Assembly (NCBI GenBank): GCA_963783255.1
Contig: CAWAMP010000011.1
Coordinates: 96,257-160,256 of the forward strand
Direction of reading: 5' to 3'
Source of the DNA: an uncultured Acidobacteriota bacterium
GTDB taxonomy: Bacteria; Acidobacteriota; Vicinamibacteria; Vicinamibacterales; Fen-181
Length of the DNA: 64,000 nucleotides
Shown here: positions 39,288 to 49,584 of the stretch, one piece after another
Numbering within the stretch: position 1 is the first letter of the stretch
Layout: each line of letters opens with the position of its first letter
Notes under the pieces: model-generated
Seen by the model: the letters and a program-made list of their open reading frames with translations, nothing else
Told to the model about the DNA's origin: nothing
The model's database searches: none
Made by a program: the position numbers and the translations under genes

Positions 39288-40880
39288 CTAACTGGCTGGC
39301 TGACGTCGCGCTCCGCGCGACTGCGGTAGTGCATGGCGAACCCTCGCGCCTGCCTGCAGGGGCAGAACAACCCTAACCACCCAGGAAATGGCGATGGCGT
39401 TGGCCAGCAGAATGAATGGCGATAGCACCGCCATGTTGAAGCGCCACTCTTCGAGGAACGTCGCGAATTGAAGGAAGCTGTACCATGCCGCCCAGTAGAC
39501 CGGCGTGGTGGAGCCGGCCTCGAGGAGCCAGTCGCTGACTCTTCTATAGAGCAGACCCAGCAGCAACAGTCCAAGCGCTGTGCCCGGCCAGCCGTACATC
39601 CAGTAGAGTTCTGGGCCGATGTGAATCGCGGTCGAGCTAGTCCACCCCCCGTACGCGCCGGAGCCGCCTGTCAGCACACTCGTAAACCACCCGGAAGGAT
39701 CCCATGAAGGCTTGTCAGGCCAGAACAGCCTCGGGATGAATCCATACATCAGGTTCCTGAGGAAGAACGCCCCGAGGCCCCCCTCCTCATCCGCCAGATA
39801 GATCACTGCCCCCGCCTCGTTGACACTACCGAAGCGCAGCTCGAAGCGGTCCCATGAATCCTGTATAGTCTGAGCCGTCCCCGCCTGCTCCACATTCCGC
39901 CGCACGTCGCTTGCCACTTCGCTAACCGAGGCGCCCTTCGCACGGGTCCCCCAATTGGCGTTCCTGTATCCCTGGACGTAGGGATACACGAACACCAGTA
40001 GCAGCACCACGCCCACAGAGGCGAGCGCTAGGCCTCGGCCCGGCTTCCTCAGCAAATACGCGGCGCCAACGGGAAGAAGCACAAAGAAGAAGTCACTCTT
40101 CATGCCGGAGGTGAGGGCATTGCCCATAAGTGGCAGGAGGGCCGCATACGCTGCCCAACGCAGCCTCCCGGATGTGCCGTAGTCTCTGCTGAATGCGAGA
40201 AGGGCAAAGACTGCCCCGTAGGCCAGGCCGCTGGTGGTCGACACCACGTTGCCAAGTCTGGCCATCGTCGTGGGGAAGAACCAGTCGGCGAGGTAACCAG
40301 AGAGGCCGATCGCATAGGCAACCCATAACTGGTGGTCCAACCGTGCCATCGACGCTGGAGTTTGCGGCAATGGACGCCGGGACTTGCCCGAAAGGGCCCA
40401 GCCGACGCAGAACGCGGCGGTGCCCAGGAGCGTCACCCATTCGGCCTTCGCCGAGGCCGCGATGTAGTCGCGAGATGGGACCGTCCAAAAAGGGGAGGCG
40501 AGGTCGGCGGCCTGGCCCGTCACGTAGACAAGTCCCACGAGGCGCCTTAGGGCGTAGAGGCCCAGAAGCCCCGTCAGCGGATTGACGACCAGCGCTTTGT
40601 GCTGGGTCCTACCGAACCGCAGTAGGAGCCAGAGCGTACCGCCAAGATCTGCGGAAACCGCGCCCGCCAACCTTTCCCACGTCTCCGCAGGGTAGGTAAC
40701 ATAAGCGGCCACACCGCCCACGCCGGTGACCATCGCGGCGGTCATCAGGAACCTGGCGAACAGAGGGGGCAGGGGCAGCTCCAACCCCAGCCCCAACTCT
40801 AGCGCCGAAGAGCCCCAGGCCTCCCCGACGCGCTTAGGCACCGTGGCGCACCGCAGGGAAGGCCTCCTCCGTTCCGCCAT
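39288..40880 (-). CDS. polytopic membrane protein, Wzy-like polysaccharide polymerase candidate
   Basis: Start at ATG 40878-40880, 14 nt after the upstream stop. About 10-12 hydrophobic helices with one large loop (RNANWGTRAKGASVSEVASDVRRNVEQAGTAQ...). The function call is by context only. Confidence 0.5.
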   Translation of the reverse strand: MAERRRPSLRCATVPKRVGEAWGSSALELGLGLELPLPPLFARFLMTAAMVTGVGGVAAYVTYPAETWERLAGAVSADLGGTLWLLLRFGRTQHKALVVNPLTGLLGLYALRRLVGLVYVTGQAADLASPFWTVPSRDYIAASAKAEWVTLLGTAAFCVGWALSGKSRRPLPQTPASMARLDHQLWVAYAIGLSGYLADWFFPTTMARLGNVVSTTSGLAYGAVFALLAFSRDYGTSGRLRWAAYAALLPLMGNALTSGMKSDFFFVLLPVGAAYLLRKPGRGLALASVGVVLLLVFVYPYVQGYRNANWGTRAKGASVSEVASDVRRNVEQAGTAQTIQDSWDRFELRFGSVNEAGAVIYLADEEGGLGAFFLRNLMYGFIPRLFWPDKPSWDPSGWFTSVLTGGSGAYGGWTSSTAIHIGPELYWMYGWPGTALGLLLLGLLYRRVSDWLLEAGSTTPVYWAAWYSFLQFATFLEEWRFNMAVLSPFILLANAIAISWVVRVVLPLQAGARVRHALPQSRGARRQPAS

Positions 40881-40894
40881 CTCAGTGTCGAAAT

Positions 40895-41882
40895 TCACAG
40901 TTCCCGAACCATGCCCAGGATCGTCGCCAACCGATGCCGGTAGGTGTGCTCCGCCAACGCACGTCTCGCTCCAGCTTCTCGAATCGCGCGCATTCTCGCG
41001 GGCTCTTTCCGCGCCCGGTCGATGTGCGCGACCAGCTCTTCGAACGTGCCGAACGTGAGTAGTTCTCTCCCCGGCTCGAAGCACTGAACGACGGCTGGGC
41101 GGTCCTCCACTAGCTGCAATCCGCCCGCCCCGGCGATTTCAAAGGCACGGCAGTTCAACGAATTGCCTTCGGCGAGTTGGAACGTGTTGAGACACGCGAG
41201 GGCTTCTCCGAAGACGCGGCTCTTTTCCTCGCGCACGATGTACCTGCCGGTGTGGGCCTTCCGGTAGACCGGGTCGGACCATCTAGGCGGTTTCGCGCCG
41301 TAGAGGCCGACATCCACCCCACGCTTCATGAGCTGTAAGCAGACGGCTTGTCTGTAGGCGTATGAGTTGCCCGCAACTGCAATGCTGTTGTTGCACTGGC
41401 CTGCGACAGGCCTGTGCCACAGGGGATTCATGGCCTCATGGAGGACGTGCGCCCCAAGGCCAACGAGCCGCAGTTTGGCGGCGGCCGCGGCATCCTTTAC
41501 GAAGACAAGGTCCCACCCTGGATCGACCATTCCCCAGCGCCGGCTGTTGGCGGGGGGATCCCCCCACCAGAGGACCCGGCCGCCAGGGCAGATGCTCCCG
41601 AGTTCCTGCAGGATCTGCGGATGCAGACCCCGCGTTAGCGACAGGTACTAGCTGTGGCTTGATCTGCCTCGCGCGCTTGAGAACAGCCTGATCCTCTCGC
41701 GCGGGCCTGTCCCCCGTGAGCCTCTCCTCCAGCGCCCTGATGACTTGCCTAGCAAGGGAGTGGTGGGCCTCGTGGTCCACTTCCGACACGTACGCGACTT
41801 CATGGCCCATGGATACCAGGGTGACGCCCACGTTGTCGGCAAACGAATCTTCGTAGGCGGGGGTTGCGATCAGAACCCTCAT
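40895..41882 (-). CDS. CgeB-like glycosyltransferase-fold protein (DUF3880 + Glyco_trans_1_2 look); apparent frameshift near 41640-41650
   Basis: N-terminus MRVLIATPAYEDSFADNVGVTLVSMGHEV... (ORF 41436-41891, with ATG 41882 overlapping the upstream stop as ATGA). It continues in another frame as LSLTRGLHPQILQELGSICPGGRVLWWGDPPANSRRWGMVDPGWDLVFVKD... (ORF 40895-41530). Confidence 0.6.
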
Positions 41883-43111
41883 GAACCGCACCGGTGAGCA
41901 GACAGAGCGTCGCCGTGCGGGTCTCGAAGGCTCTCCAGCAGACGAACAACCGACTTCTCATTCTCGTCGAAACAAGCCCTCTTCAAGGCACCTCCAATCC
42001 TGGCCTGCCAGTCTCTCCTTGCTTCCGGATCGAGAGCCATCCGGAGAACGAGGGCAAGGTCCTCAGGATCGTCATGCCGGAAGATGAGTCCCGAGGGCCC
42101 TGGCTGAACCAGGTCCGGACCGGCGCCCACGACATCGCTGACGATGCAGGGTGTGCCGCACGCCATGGCTTCGTTTACGACAAGGCCCCATGGTTCGTGC
42201 CTCGATGGCAGAACAAGGATGTTGGCGGCGCGGTAGTAGGCTGGAAGCGCAGACTGGTTCACGAATCCCTCCCAGTGGACTCGGGCCAATCCCAGCTCGG
42301 ACTGGAGATTCCTCAGCATGGGCTCCAACCCCCCCGACCCGACGAAGACCAAGTGCGCTTTCGGGTAGTCGAGCAAGGCGAACGCCTTGAGCAACAGTTC
42401 CGGTGCTTTGGCGGGAATGAGCTTAGCGCAGAAGAGGAAGACAGTCTCGCCCTCCGGGGCCGCCCATCTCCTTCGTAGCGTCAGGGCTTGCTCTGCTTGT
42501 CGTTCGCTTTCTATCCGGAAGAACTCGTTGTCCACGGAGTATAGGCTCTGAGACACTCGCTCCGAAGGCGCGCCGTAGCGGAGCCAGTATTCCGTGTTCC
42601 ACGTTCCGATGGCGGCAAAGCCCGAGACGCGAGAGAAGACAATGGGAAGCATCAGGCGCTTGATGGCCCATTTCACGGGTTCCTTGCGGCCACGTTCGTG
42701 GGTTTCCCCTCGCATCAGAATCGGGACATCGAGCTTCCTCGCCGCCAGCATTCCCGCCCAAGCTGCGGCGGTCGCGTAACCGTTTACCAAGACGGCCTGA
42801 AAGCGGCCCGCTGCGAGCCTGCTGGCCAAACCGGTAGGGAATCGATCGCCGGCCGGTCCGTGAAACAACGGGCACCGGATTGACGGCAGAAACTCGTGTT
42901 CGTAGCCTTCGGTCAACGGGACGTCCCAGGCAAAGGTCCTGCCGAAACCTGGATCGAGCGTGGGCTCCAGGCCATGGGAACAGGCGTAGAACACCTTCAC
43001 CTCGATGTCCTGGCCGGCAGCGAAACGCCGCCACAAGGGGACCTGATATTGAATGGGATGAGTTGCGACGGCCGCCAACCGAAAGGGCTTTCTGCTTCGC
43101 ATACGATTCAT
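41879..43111 (-). CDS. GT-B glycosyltransferase (family 4/1)
   Basis: ...ILVLPSRHEPWGLVVNEAMACGTPCIVSDVVGAGPDLV..., the typical EX7E region. 410 aa. Confidence 0.75.
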   Translation of the reverse strand: MNRMRSRKPFRLAAVATHPIQYQVPLWRRFAAGQDIEVKVFYACSHGLEPTLDPGFGRTFAWDVPLTEGYEHEFLPSIRCPLFHGPAGDRFPTGLASRLAAGRFQAVLVNGYATAAAWAGMLAARKLDVPILMRGETHERGRKEPVKWAIKRLMLPIVFSRVSGFAAIGTWNTEYWLRYGAPSERVSQSLYSVDNEFFRIESERQAEQALTLRRRWAAPEGETVFLFCAKLIPAKAPELLLKAFALLDYPKAHLVFVGSGGLEPMLRNLQSELGLARVHWEGFVNQSALPAYYRAANILVLPSRHEPWGLVVNEAMACGTPCIVSDVVGAGPDLVQPGPSGLIFRHDDPEDLALVLRMALDPEARRDWQARIGGALKRACFDENEKSVVRLLESLRDPHGDALSAHRCGS

Positions 43112-43633
43112 GCGCTTCTGAGCCTAACCATCAGGTCTGTTGTGTAAGTGCCGCCCTTAGCGTTGGCCACTTCGAGCACGAAACAGTCGCGAATGGCGGG
43201 CGGTATACACCGCCCTAGGAGCCGCCGTGTTCCGCTGAGACAGCCAGGAGGCCCAGGGGTCGCACTCGCGGAACTCCATCTCTCCAGAGAAGCCGGAGAG
43301 CGGCACCTGTTGGCGGAAGTTGTTGTGCGTGAAAGCCCACTCGCGCGGGTGACACGCCAGGGGCGCGTGACGCCCCCAGCCCCTAGAGGAGCCCGTGGGC
43401 GGCATCCTCGTAGTCGGCCGCGTTGGCTGGACCACTCTGTAGCAGGTCGTCGTTATGAACTTCCGCGTGATCTGCGAGGTTGCGCTGCCCATGGCCTCAA
43501 ACCTGACTTCGGCAGCTGTGGCTCGTGAAGTCCTGCGCGGTAGGTCGCTCGCACGCGCTGCTTCGGGATGTTGCCACGGTCTCGGCCCTATGGATCGCTA
43601 GCCATGGGCATCGCCGGTGCACATGTTGATTGC

Positions 43634-45040
43634 TCAAACACGATGCGGGCCCATACGAACGAGTTCGGTGATGAACTGGCGAGGGCCCATTCCCATTGCC
43701 CTAGAGTGGAGCACTGTCAGGCATATACTTACGCTCGCATAGGCAAGCAGCGATGCGGACGCCGCACCCATGGCTCTTAGTGGTACCAGCAGCAGCGAGA
43801 GCGCTGCGATCGTCACGACCAGGCCCAAGAGTTCGGCCCACAACACCGCCCTTGTACGCCCCAGACCTTTCAAGCCTTGTTCGCTGAGATTGTTGTAGCT
43901 CGCGAATACGCCCGCCAGAAGCAGGACCCACGCAACAGGCACGGCGCCAGAGAAGCCCTTTCCAAATAGAACAGGCACAAGGGGCACGGCGAGCAGTCCC
44001 ATCACCAGTGCCCCTGTCAGCGCCCCGGCCAATCCCACTCGCAGAGACTTGACTATCAGGCGGTGCTGCTCGTTCGAATGCCCCAACGCTGCAACGGCAG
44101 GGAAGAGCACGGCGCCGATCGCCGAACTCACCAGATCCATCGCCCCAGCCCACGCCACGGCGACCACGTAGACACCAAGGATGCCCGCTGGCAACCACGC
44201 CGCCATGAGTAGTTGGTCCACCCGCAAAGTCAGGTACTGCGGGAGCGTGCCCAACAAGACTGGCAAGCCAAACCGCAGGAGGCCTGGCCAGTGTTTTACC
44301 GACAGATGACCAGAGACACCGGTCATTCCCAGCCCATAAAGCCCCATCAGCAGTGCCAGCCCAAACGATGCAACCAGCTGGACGCCGGCGACCATCGCCG
44401 GTATGCGAATGTCGCGCGCATAGCAGAAACCCAGCACCGCCAGCCACAACAAGGGCGCAGAAAGCCTGAGCAGGTTCCATCGCAAGGTGTCCTGTCGAGT
44501 TCTTAGCAGGAAGACAGGGAGGCCGGAGAGCGCGTTGGCGAAGATGAAGAGTAGGTACCACCGACCCATCTGAAGGACCGGCGCCGATTGGGCCTTGAGT
44601 AGGAGCGGCATGGCGATCCATCCGCAGGCAAACAAGGCTGTCCCAGCGACGACGGAGAGGACAGTTGCCGACAGCGCGATACTGCCATCGCGCTCCTTGT
44701 CCCTTGCCCCCAAGTAGATCACTGCGTCGAACACGCCTAGCGTCGCGAAGGATGAGATGAACATGGCCCAGGACTGGATCGCTGCGAGTTCGCCGCGCCC
44801 CTGGACACCCAGCAGCCGTGCCGAAAGGACACCGCTCAACGTCCCAAGCGCTGCTAGGACAACATTGGTGACAAGCGTTGATGCCGCCTGGCCCGAAAAC
44901 GCTCCCGGTGACGCGAGAGGCTGTATCCTGTGCAGAAAGCGTGAGTATCTACTGCCCGCGCGCCTGCTTGTCAACGTTCTCCCCCTAGCCGACAAAGCAC
45001 CAACCGCCGACTGCACTTCGTTGGCGGTTCCACCCACCAT
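43634..45040 (-). CDS. Wzx-type flippase (MOP/polysaccharide biosynthesis protein family)
   Basis: About 12-14 TM helices with the typical Polysacc_synt layout. Context is between glycosyltransferases and methyltransferases. Confidence 0.7.
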   Translation of the reverse strand: MVGGTANEVQSAVGALSARGRTLTSRRAGSRYSRFLHRIQPLASPGAFSGQAASTLVTNVVLAALGTLSGVLSARLLGVQGRGELAAIQSWAMFISSFATLGVFDAVIYLGARDKERDGSIALSATVLSVVAGTALFACGWIAMPLLLKAQSAPVLQMGRWYLLFIFANALSGLPVFLLRTRQDTLRWNLLRLSAPLLWLAVLGFCYARDIRIPAMVAGVQLVASFGLALLMGLYGLGMTGVSGHLSVKHWPGLLRFGLPVLLGTLPQYLTLRVDQLLMAAWLPAGILGVYVVAVAWAGAMDLVSSAIGAVLFPAVAALGHSNEQHRLIVKSLRVGLAGALTGALVMGLLAVPLVPVLFGKGFSGAVPVAWVLLLAGVFASYNNLSEQGLKGLGRTRAVLWAELLGLVVTIAALSLLLVPLRAMGAASASLLAYASVSICLTVLHSRAMGMGPRQFITELVRMGPHRV

Positions 45041-45102
45041 TCAGCGCCGCCCGAGGCTCGTTCTACACCGCTCAGTATTGGGCCCTCGGGATGTGCCGCC
45101 TT

Positions 45103-45999
45103 TCAATCATCTCGTCCATGGCGCGGCGATTGCGCCAACACAGCAATCGAAGAGACGCTGCTACCCGGCCCGCTCGCTTCAGCCACCAGCCCGAACCGAA
45201 GCCGGTTGGCATCCAGCGCATCCATTCCCTGCGTGCGGACGCATAGGCACGTAAGCCCCCTCTGATTCCCGCCCAGAATCCAGCCTAGCCACCCTAGGTG
45301 CTGGTTCAGCCGGTGTTCAGTTTGGAGAGTGCCCGCCATACACTTCCCCCCTAAGCGGACCGAGGGCATGCAGAGAGCCAAGGCGTAATTGAGCCAGTTG
45401 ACTGCTCTCGGGAAGGCTTCCAGACAACCCGGCCTAGGATGTGATTTCACGACTGCAAACCCTGCACTCGATAGCAGGCGTCTGATTGTGATTGGAGAAT
45501 AGGCGCGTAGGTGGGTGGGCTCGTCCTCGTGCCGGTATGGCACGGAAAGCCACAGCTGTCCTGTATCACTAAGCGCAGTGGCAATGTGACCTAATGCTCG
45601 GAAGTCGTTCTCCAAGTGTTCGAGAACGTCACGCATGATGATTAGATCGTACGGACCTCTTGCCTTCTCCCACGTGCCTGCATCAGCCACATCTCCGAGG
45701 TAGGTGGGCTCTCCCCAGGGATGACGCACAATATCGAGAGTCTCTGCGTTGTAGCCGTGGCCCAGCAGCCAGAAATAGTCCCGGCCTCCCCACGGGCCAA
45801 TAATCAGGATTCGTGCGGACGTAGGCGACAGGCGAAGTGCCGCCACAGTATCGAGCAGGCTTCGTCCTATGCTGAAGGAGGAGGCGAACGCAGTAATCAC
45901 GGGCCAGTAGGGCTCAGGCACCTTGTCGGGTTGAGGGACCAGTAGTCGAAGCGCCTCCTCGCGTATGGCGTTGAGCCTCTTTGCCATCACTCCGGTCAA
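45103..45999 (-). CDS. class I SAM-dependent methyltransferase
   Basis: ILIIGPWGGRDYFWLLGHGY...YDLIIMRDVLEHLEND...LSDTGQLWLSVP. Confidence 0.7.
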   Translation of the reverse strand: MTGVMAKRLNAIREEALRLLVPQPDKVPEPYWPVITAFASSFSIGRSLLDTVAALRLSPTSARILIIGPWGGRDYFWLLGHGYNAETLDIVRHPWGEPTYLGDVADAGTWEKARGPYDLIIMRDVLEHLENDFRALGHIATALSDTGQLWLSVPYRHEDEPTHLRAYSPITIRRLLSSAGFAVVKSHPRPGCLEAFPRAVNWLNYALALCMPSVRLGGKCMAGTLQTEHRLNQHLGWLGWILGGNQRGLTCLCVRTQGMDALDANRLRFGLVAEASGPGSSVSSIAVLAQSPRHGRDD

Positions 46000-46056
46000 A
46001 GTAGTTCCCTTCTTTCTGGCAAACCAGGTGCTCGGCGGAACAGATGTCGCGCGCGT

Positions 46057-46881
46057 CTACTGGAACACCGCGGACAGCGGGTCTCTGCATTGACATCGCC
46101 AGGCCGAGTATCGCGGTTTGACAGCTTCCAGGCAGATACTGTAGTAGGGCCACCGAATCAGAGCAGTCACGGGCTTGTCCAGCAGTAAGGGTAAGAACCG
46201 AAATGGGAGGATGATTATCCAACCAAGCAAGGGATGGACTCTCGAAAGGACCCTCAGCATCGCAGTTACCTTCTGGCTCACATTCCCACTGCAATACGAG
46301 AAGCGTTCGGGCACCAAGCCTGCCTGGTTGCACAGCTCCTCAAGCATTCCCCTTGAATAGCCTCGCCGAACATGTCCGCCATCCTCCACGATTGAGAAGG
46401 GCCCGCTGTCTTCGGACGTAATAGGTCTGTAGAGATAGTAAGGCGTCGTCAGAACCAGACGACCACCGGGCTTCAGACATGCCGAGATGTCTCGGAGTAG
46501 CTTCCCATCATCGATGATGTGCTCGATGTTCTCAAGACAGATGGCGATGTCGTACGCCTCGCGTAAGTCATCTCTCGCATCCAGGTTACGAACATCACAC
46601 GCCTCAAACGAGGCCGACGATGCGCCGCAGATTCCTGCCCTCTGACTAGCCACCATCTGGTTGCGTTGGTCCCAACTGAGGCCCAAGACGGTATATCCGC
46701 GACGAGAAGCCCCAATGGAGAAGGCGCCAGTTCCACATCCGATGTCCAGCAACCGCTCGCCGTTCCTTGTTACGGGAAGACGCGCTTTGAGCCAGCGCCA
46801 TCGATCGAGCACCAGTGTGTCGCCGTGAATCAAGGACGCAGGAAAGCCGAATAGTCTCGTAAGAAGGGATTTGTCCACCAA
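46057..46881 (-). CDS. class I SAM-dependent methyltransferase
   Basis: RLLDIGCGTGAFSIGASRRGYTVLGLS...YDIAICLENIEHIIDD...LKPGGRLVLTTP. Confidence 0.8.
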   Translation of the reverse strand: MVDKSLLTRLFGFPASLIHGDTLVLDRWRWLKARLPVTRNGERLLDIGCGTGAFSIGASRRGYTVLGLSWDQRNQMVASQRAGICGASSASFEACDVRNLDARDDLREAYDIAICLENIEHIIDDGKLLRDISACLKPGGRLVLTTPYYLYRPITSEDSGPFSIVEDGGHVRRGYSRGMLEELCNQAGLVPERFSYCSGNVSQKVTAMLRVLSRVHPLLGWIIILPFRFLPLLLDKPVTALIRWPYYSICLEAVKPRYSAWRCQCRDPLSAVFQ

Positions 46882-47169
46882 GACTCTCCTTCAACTGAGG
46901 CAGCCAATCCTGTCGCCTTTCACGCAGTCCAGCGTCCGCCGGTCATCGTCTGCCTCGGTCGTCGCAACCCATGGATCCTCGAAACGACTGACGGCATTAC
47001 ACACTTCAACGATATCTTCTCTGAATCGTGGCTCTTGGTCGGAAACCGCGGGCAAGGTCGGCCCGCTGGTACGGACATGCACCCTGGTCGCGCGGCGTTC
47101 GCCGGGTCGATCTCCCATATCTCAGCGCGGAGACTCCCGAGGCGCGGTGACCTAGCCACACGATTCAGG

Positions 47170-47904
47170 TCACCCCCGCCGGACTCCGGAGGCCAGAAAA
47201 ACCCGAGTCCATACACCGTCGCCCGTCGCGCCGGTCTCGATTAGGGTGCACGCTGACAACCCCAGTCGGATGACCTGCCACAGGGCAGAACGCAAGGTTG
47301 AGGCGATTGAGTACCCGAACGGCGGAGGATCGCACTCCCTGCGCTCGATATCGGTCAGCCCAACCAACCGCAAGAGGCGTTCGAGCGCATTCGGACTGAA
47401 TGCGACTTCGTGTGTGAAATCGCCATAGCGAAGTTGCGCAGCCCACGGACTGTCTGCGTTGGGGGTTTGCAGGATGAGACGCCCACCAATTCTCAGCGCA
47501 CGATATGCCGCATCGAGAAAGCGTAGCGCTTCATCTTTGTATAGGTGCTCGATGATGTCGAACCCCGTGATCAGATCAAATTCGCCCGGGTTCTCTTCCA
47601 GGAACGCTGTCGCCTCCGCTTGAACAACATGAGGAGTAACTTGGAGGGAAAGATCAATCTGATACGGACTGATGTCGACCCCTCGAATGTTCTTGTAGCC
47701 CTTGCTGTCGAAGAAGAAGAGCAGTTTCCCGCCCCCACAGGCCAGGTCTGCGATTTGTGCATCCTTGTCTTGAGGCAGCCAGCCCCGTAAGTACCAATCG
47801 CGCGCAGCGCCCCAGCGCCGGGCAGATTCTTCGTCAAATGTCCCCACCACGCTCTGAATCGTCTTGCCGTAACTGGCGTAGATACGCTGGCGATACCCAG
47901 TCAC
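47170..47904 (-). CDS. class I SAM-dependent methyltransferase
   Basis: IADLACGGGKLLFFFDSKGYKNIRGVD...FDLITGFDIIEHLYKDEA...LRIGGRLILQTPN. Confidence 0.8.
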   Translation of the reverse strand: MTGYRQRIYASYGKTIQSVVGTFDEESARRWGAARDWYLRGWLPQDKDAQIADLACGGGKLLFFFDSKGYKNIRGVDISPYQIDLSLQVTPHVVQAEATAFLEENPGEFDLITGFDIIEHLYKDEALRFLDAAYRALRIGGRLILQTPNADSPWAAQLRYGDFTHEVAFSPNALERLLRLVGLTDIERRECDPPPFGYSIASTLRSALWQVIRLGLSACTLIETGATGDGVWTRVFLASGVRRG

Positions 47905-48265
47905 TGATTAGCTCTCTTCTCTCTCTCGTCCGCGGCTCAGGCAAGCACTGCCTCGTACGACGCACTAGTGCGGCAAGAAGGCAGTAGACGTTCCACAGAT
48001 CTTATCGGCGGTTTCTTGAGCTTCCTCGGGAAACCGAGCCTGTCGCACGGCTTCGATCCATCCAAGCGACCGTCGCGCGCGTGATGGTGCCAGCCCTCCG
48101 ACAACAGTGACTGTGACGTCCTTCAGCCGGACCTGAGGGATTCGACCGCGTCATCCAGGCGGCCGCACGCGTACCAGCGTGATCATGTTCCGAGACAGCC
48201 CCGCCGCGACAAGCGACGGAAAGCCAGGGAGCCCGGACACCAATCGAACGACACACTACGCCTCA

Positions 48266-49399
48266 TCAGGCACGGAGCATGCTGTGATACCTCTCCCCAT
48301 AGGTGCGCCAGGAGAACTGTTCCCGGCCGGATCTGAGCAGGTCTCGCAGGACGCCAGGACGGAGACAGGCTCGCTGCCAGTCGATGGTTTCAGCGAGAGC
48401 CTTACTCAACCCCTCGACATCTTCTGCCTTTACCACTGTGATGGCCTTTGGTTCCCCCAACCATGCCTTCAGGTCGCGTCCGCCCGTGCGGTCCGTGCAG
48501 ACCACGGGCAACCCACAGGCCAGCGCCTGAGCCTGCACGAGACTCAAGCCCTCCTCTCTTGAGGCGAGCACCAAGATGTGGGCCTTCGCGTAGAACTCCT
48601 GTAACCTCCATTGCGGTACGGGATCGTGATGGTCAAACGATGAGTCCTCCGGCATGGCTGCATCCCCGATGGCGCCGACATGCCGGAGCGTGGCATTTCT
48701 GCCGCAGCGTTTCACCGCTGTGAGAAGGTAGTCGCACCCCTTTCGCATGGACCAAGCGCCGACGTGCAGAACCACGGGTCGGTCCATCGGGGGCGGCGGC
48801 GTGGGTCGAAACATGCTCAGGTCCACGCCGTAGGGGTTCCTGAAGAGACGCTCTCGCGGAAAGCCTCGTTCCAGGAAACTCTCTACGACGTGCTGGGCGG
48901 GAACCACCACACTGTCGGCAAGGGCGTAAGAGGCCAGCTCTCGCGCCACGGCGTAGGCCGGAACCCTACCGGTCGCCGGCGCCAAGGCCGCTAAGTCCTC
49001 GAGAATCTGCTTCTGTGACATGACGTGCCGGCTGCCACGCTCGATGAAGATCCTGGCTCCGTATTTCTCCCGAGCTACCCTCGCCGATTCGACGCAGAGG
49101 CCCGACATGCCGATGAACACGTCGCAGTGCTCAAGTCTCCTCTCGATCAGGCCATCCAATCGTTCGAACACGCGCCTGTCCCAAGACTCCCGTTGGCGCG
49201 GTGGCGCGAGGCGCTGCAGGACCAGCCAGGGAGCAATGGCCGGTAGCAGCCCGCGGTGGCACTTCGCCGGCAGGCCGAAGCGCAGAGCGCGCCGCCTCGG
49301 AACAAACGAGTAGAACGCCACCTCGTGCCCAAGAGCCGTAAGCTCTCGCGCCAAGTCCAACACGTGGAAACGGCCGCTCGTGGCGATGGCGATCCGCAC
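48266..49399 (-). CDS. GT-B glycosyltransferase (family 4/1)
   Basis: MRIAIATSGRFHVLDLARELTALGHEV... with C-terminal ...ILVLASREEGLSLVQAQALACGLPVVCTDRTGG. Confidence 0.75.
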   Translation of the reverse strand: MRIAIATSGRFHVLDLARELTALGHEVAFYSFVPRRRALRFGLPAKCHRGLLPAIAPWLVLQRLAPPRQRESWDRRVFERLDGLIERRLEHCDVFIGMSGLCVESARVAREKYGARIFIERGSRHVMSQKQILEDLAALAPATGRVPAYAVARELASYALADSVVVPAQHVVESFLERGFPRERLFRNPYGVDLSMFRPTPPPPMDRPVVLHVGAWSMRKGCDYLLTAVKRCGRNATLRHVGAIGDAAMPEDSSFDHHDPVPQWRLQEFYAKAHILVLASREEGLSLVQAQALACGLPVVCTDRTGGRDLKAWLGEPKAITVVKAEDVEGLSKALAETIDWQRACLRPGVLRDLLRSGREQFSWRTYGERYHSMLRA

Positions 49400-49584
49400 T
49401 TCACCCTCGCAGCGACGTTTGATCCGAGGCGAGGACTAGGGCCGGGTCCTCTCGTGAGGACTGGCCAACACTCAGCTCCGACTGGAGTCTTCGAGAGGTC
49501 CAGGGTTGCGAGACGCGGTCCTGTGCACGCATCATCCGATTGCACATTGAGAGAAGCGTTCGCGAGCGAGCGCGATCAGCGATG

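Noticed and set aside
43112-43633. Protein-like fragments after the flippase gene (e.g. WAFTHNNFRQQVPLSGFSGEMEFRECDPWASWL; NLADHAEVHNDDLLQSGPANAADYEDAAHGLL)
   Set aside because: The fragments lie in different frames separated by stops, and I cannot assign a family. This is probably a decayed gene and is not reported as a feature.
46891-47118. 75-aa ORF between two methyltransferase genes
   Set aside because: The C-terminal half looks protein-like (EDIVEVCNAVSRFEDPWVATTEADDDRRTLDCVKGDRIGCLS), but there is no motif, no RBS and no family assignment.
47905-48265. Fragments VSGLPGFPSLVAAGLSRNMITLVRVRPPG / DVTVTVVGGLAPSRARRSLGWIEAVRQARFPEEAQETADKICGTSTAFLPH
   Set aside because: They are split over at least three frames and no family is recognised. 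This is a possible remnant or a small gene damaged by indels.
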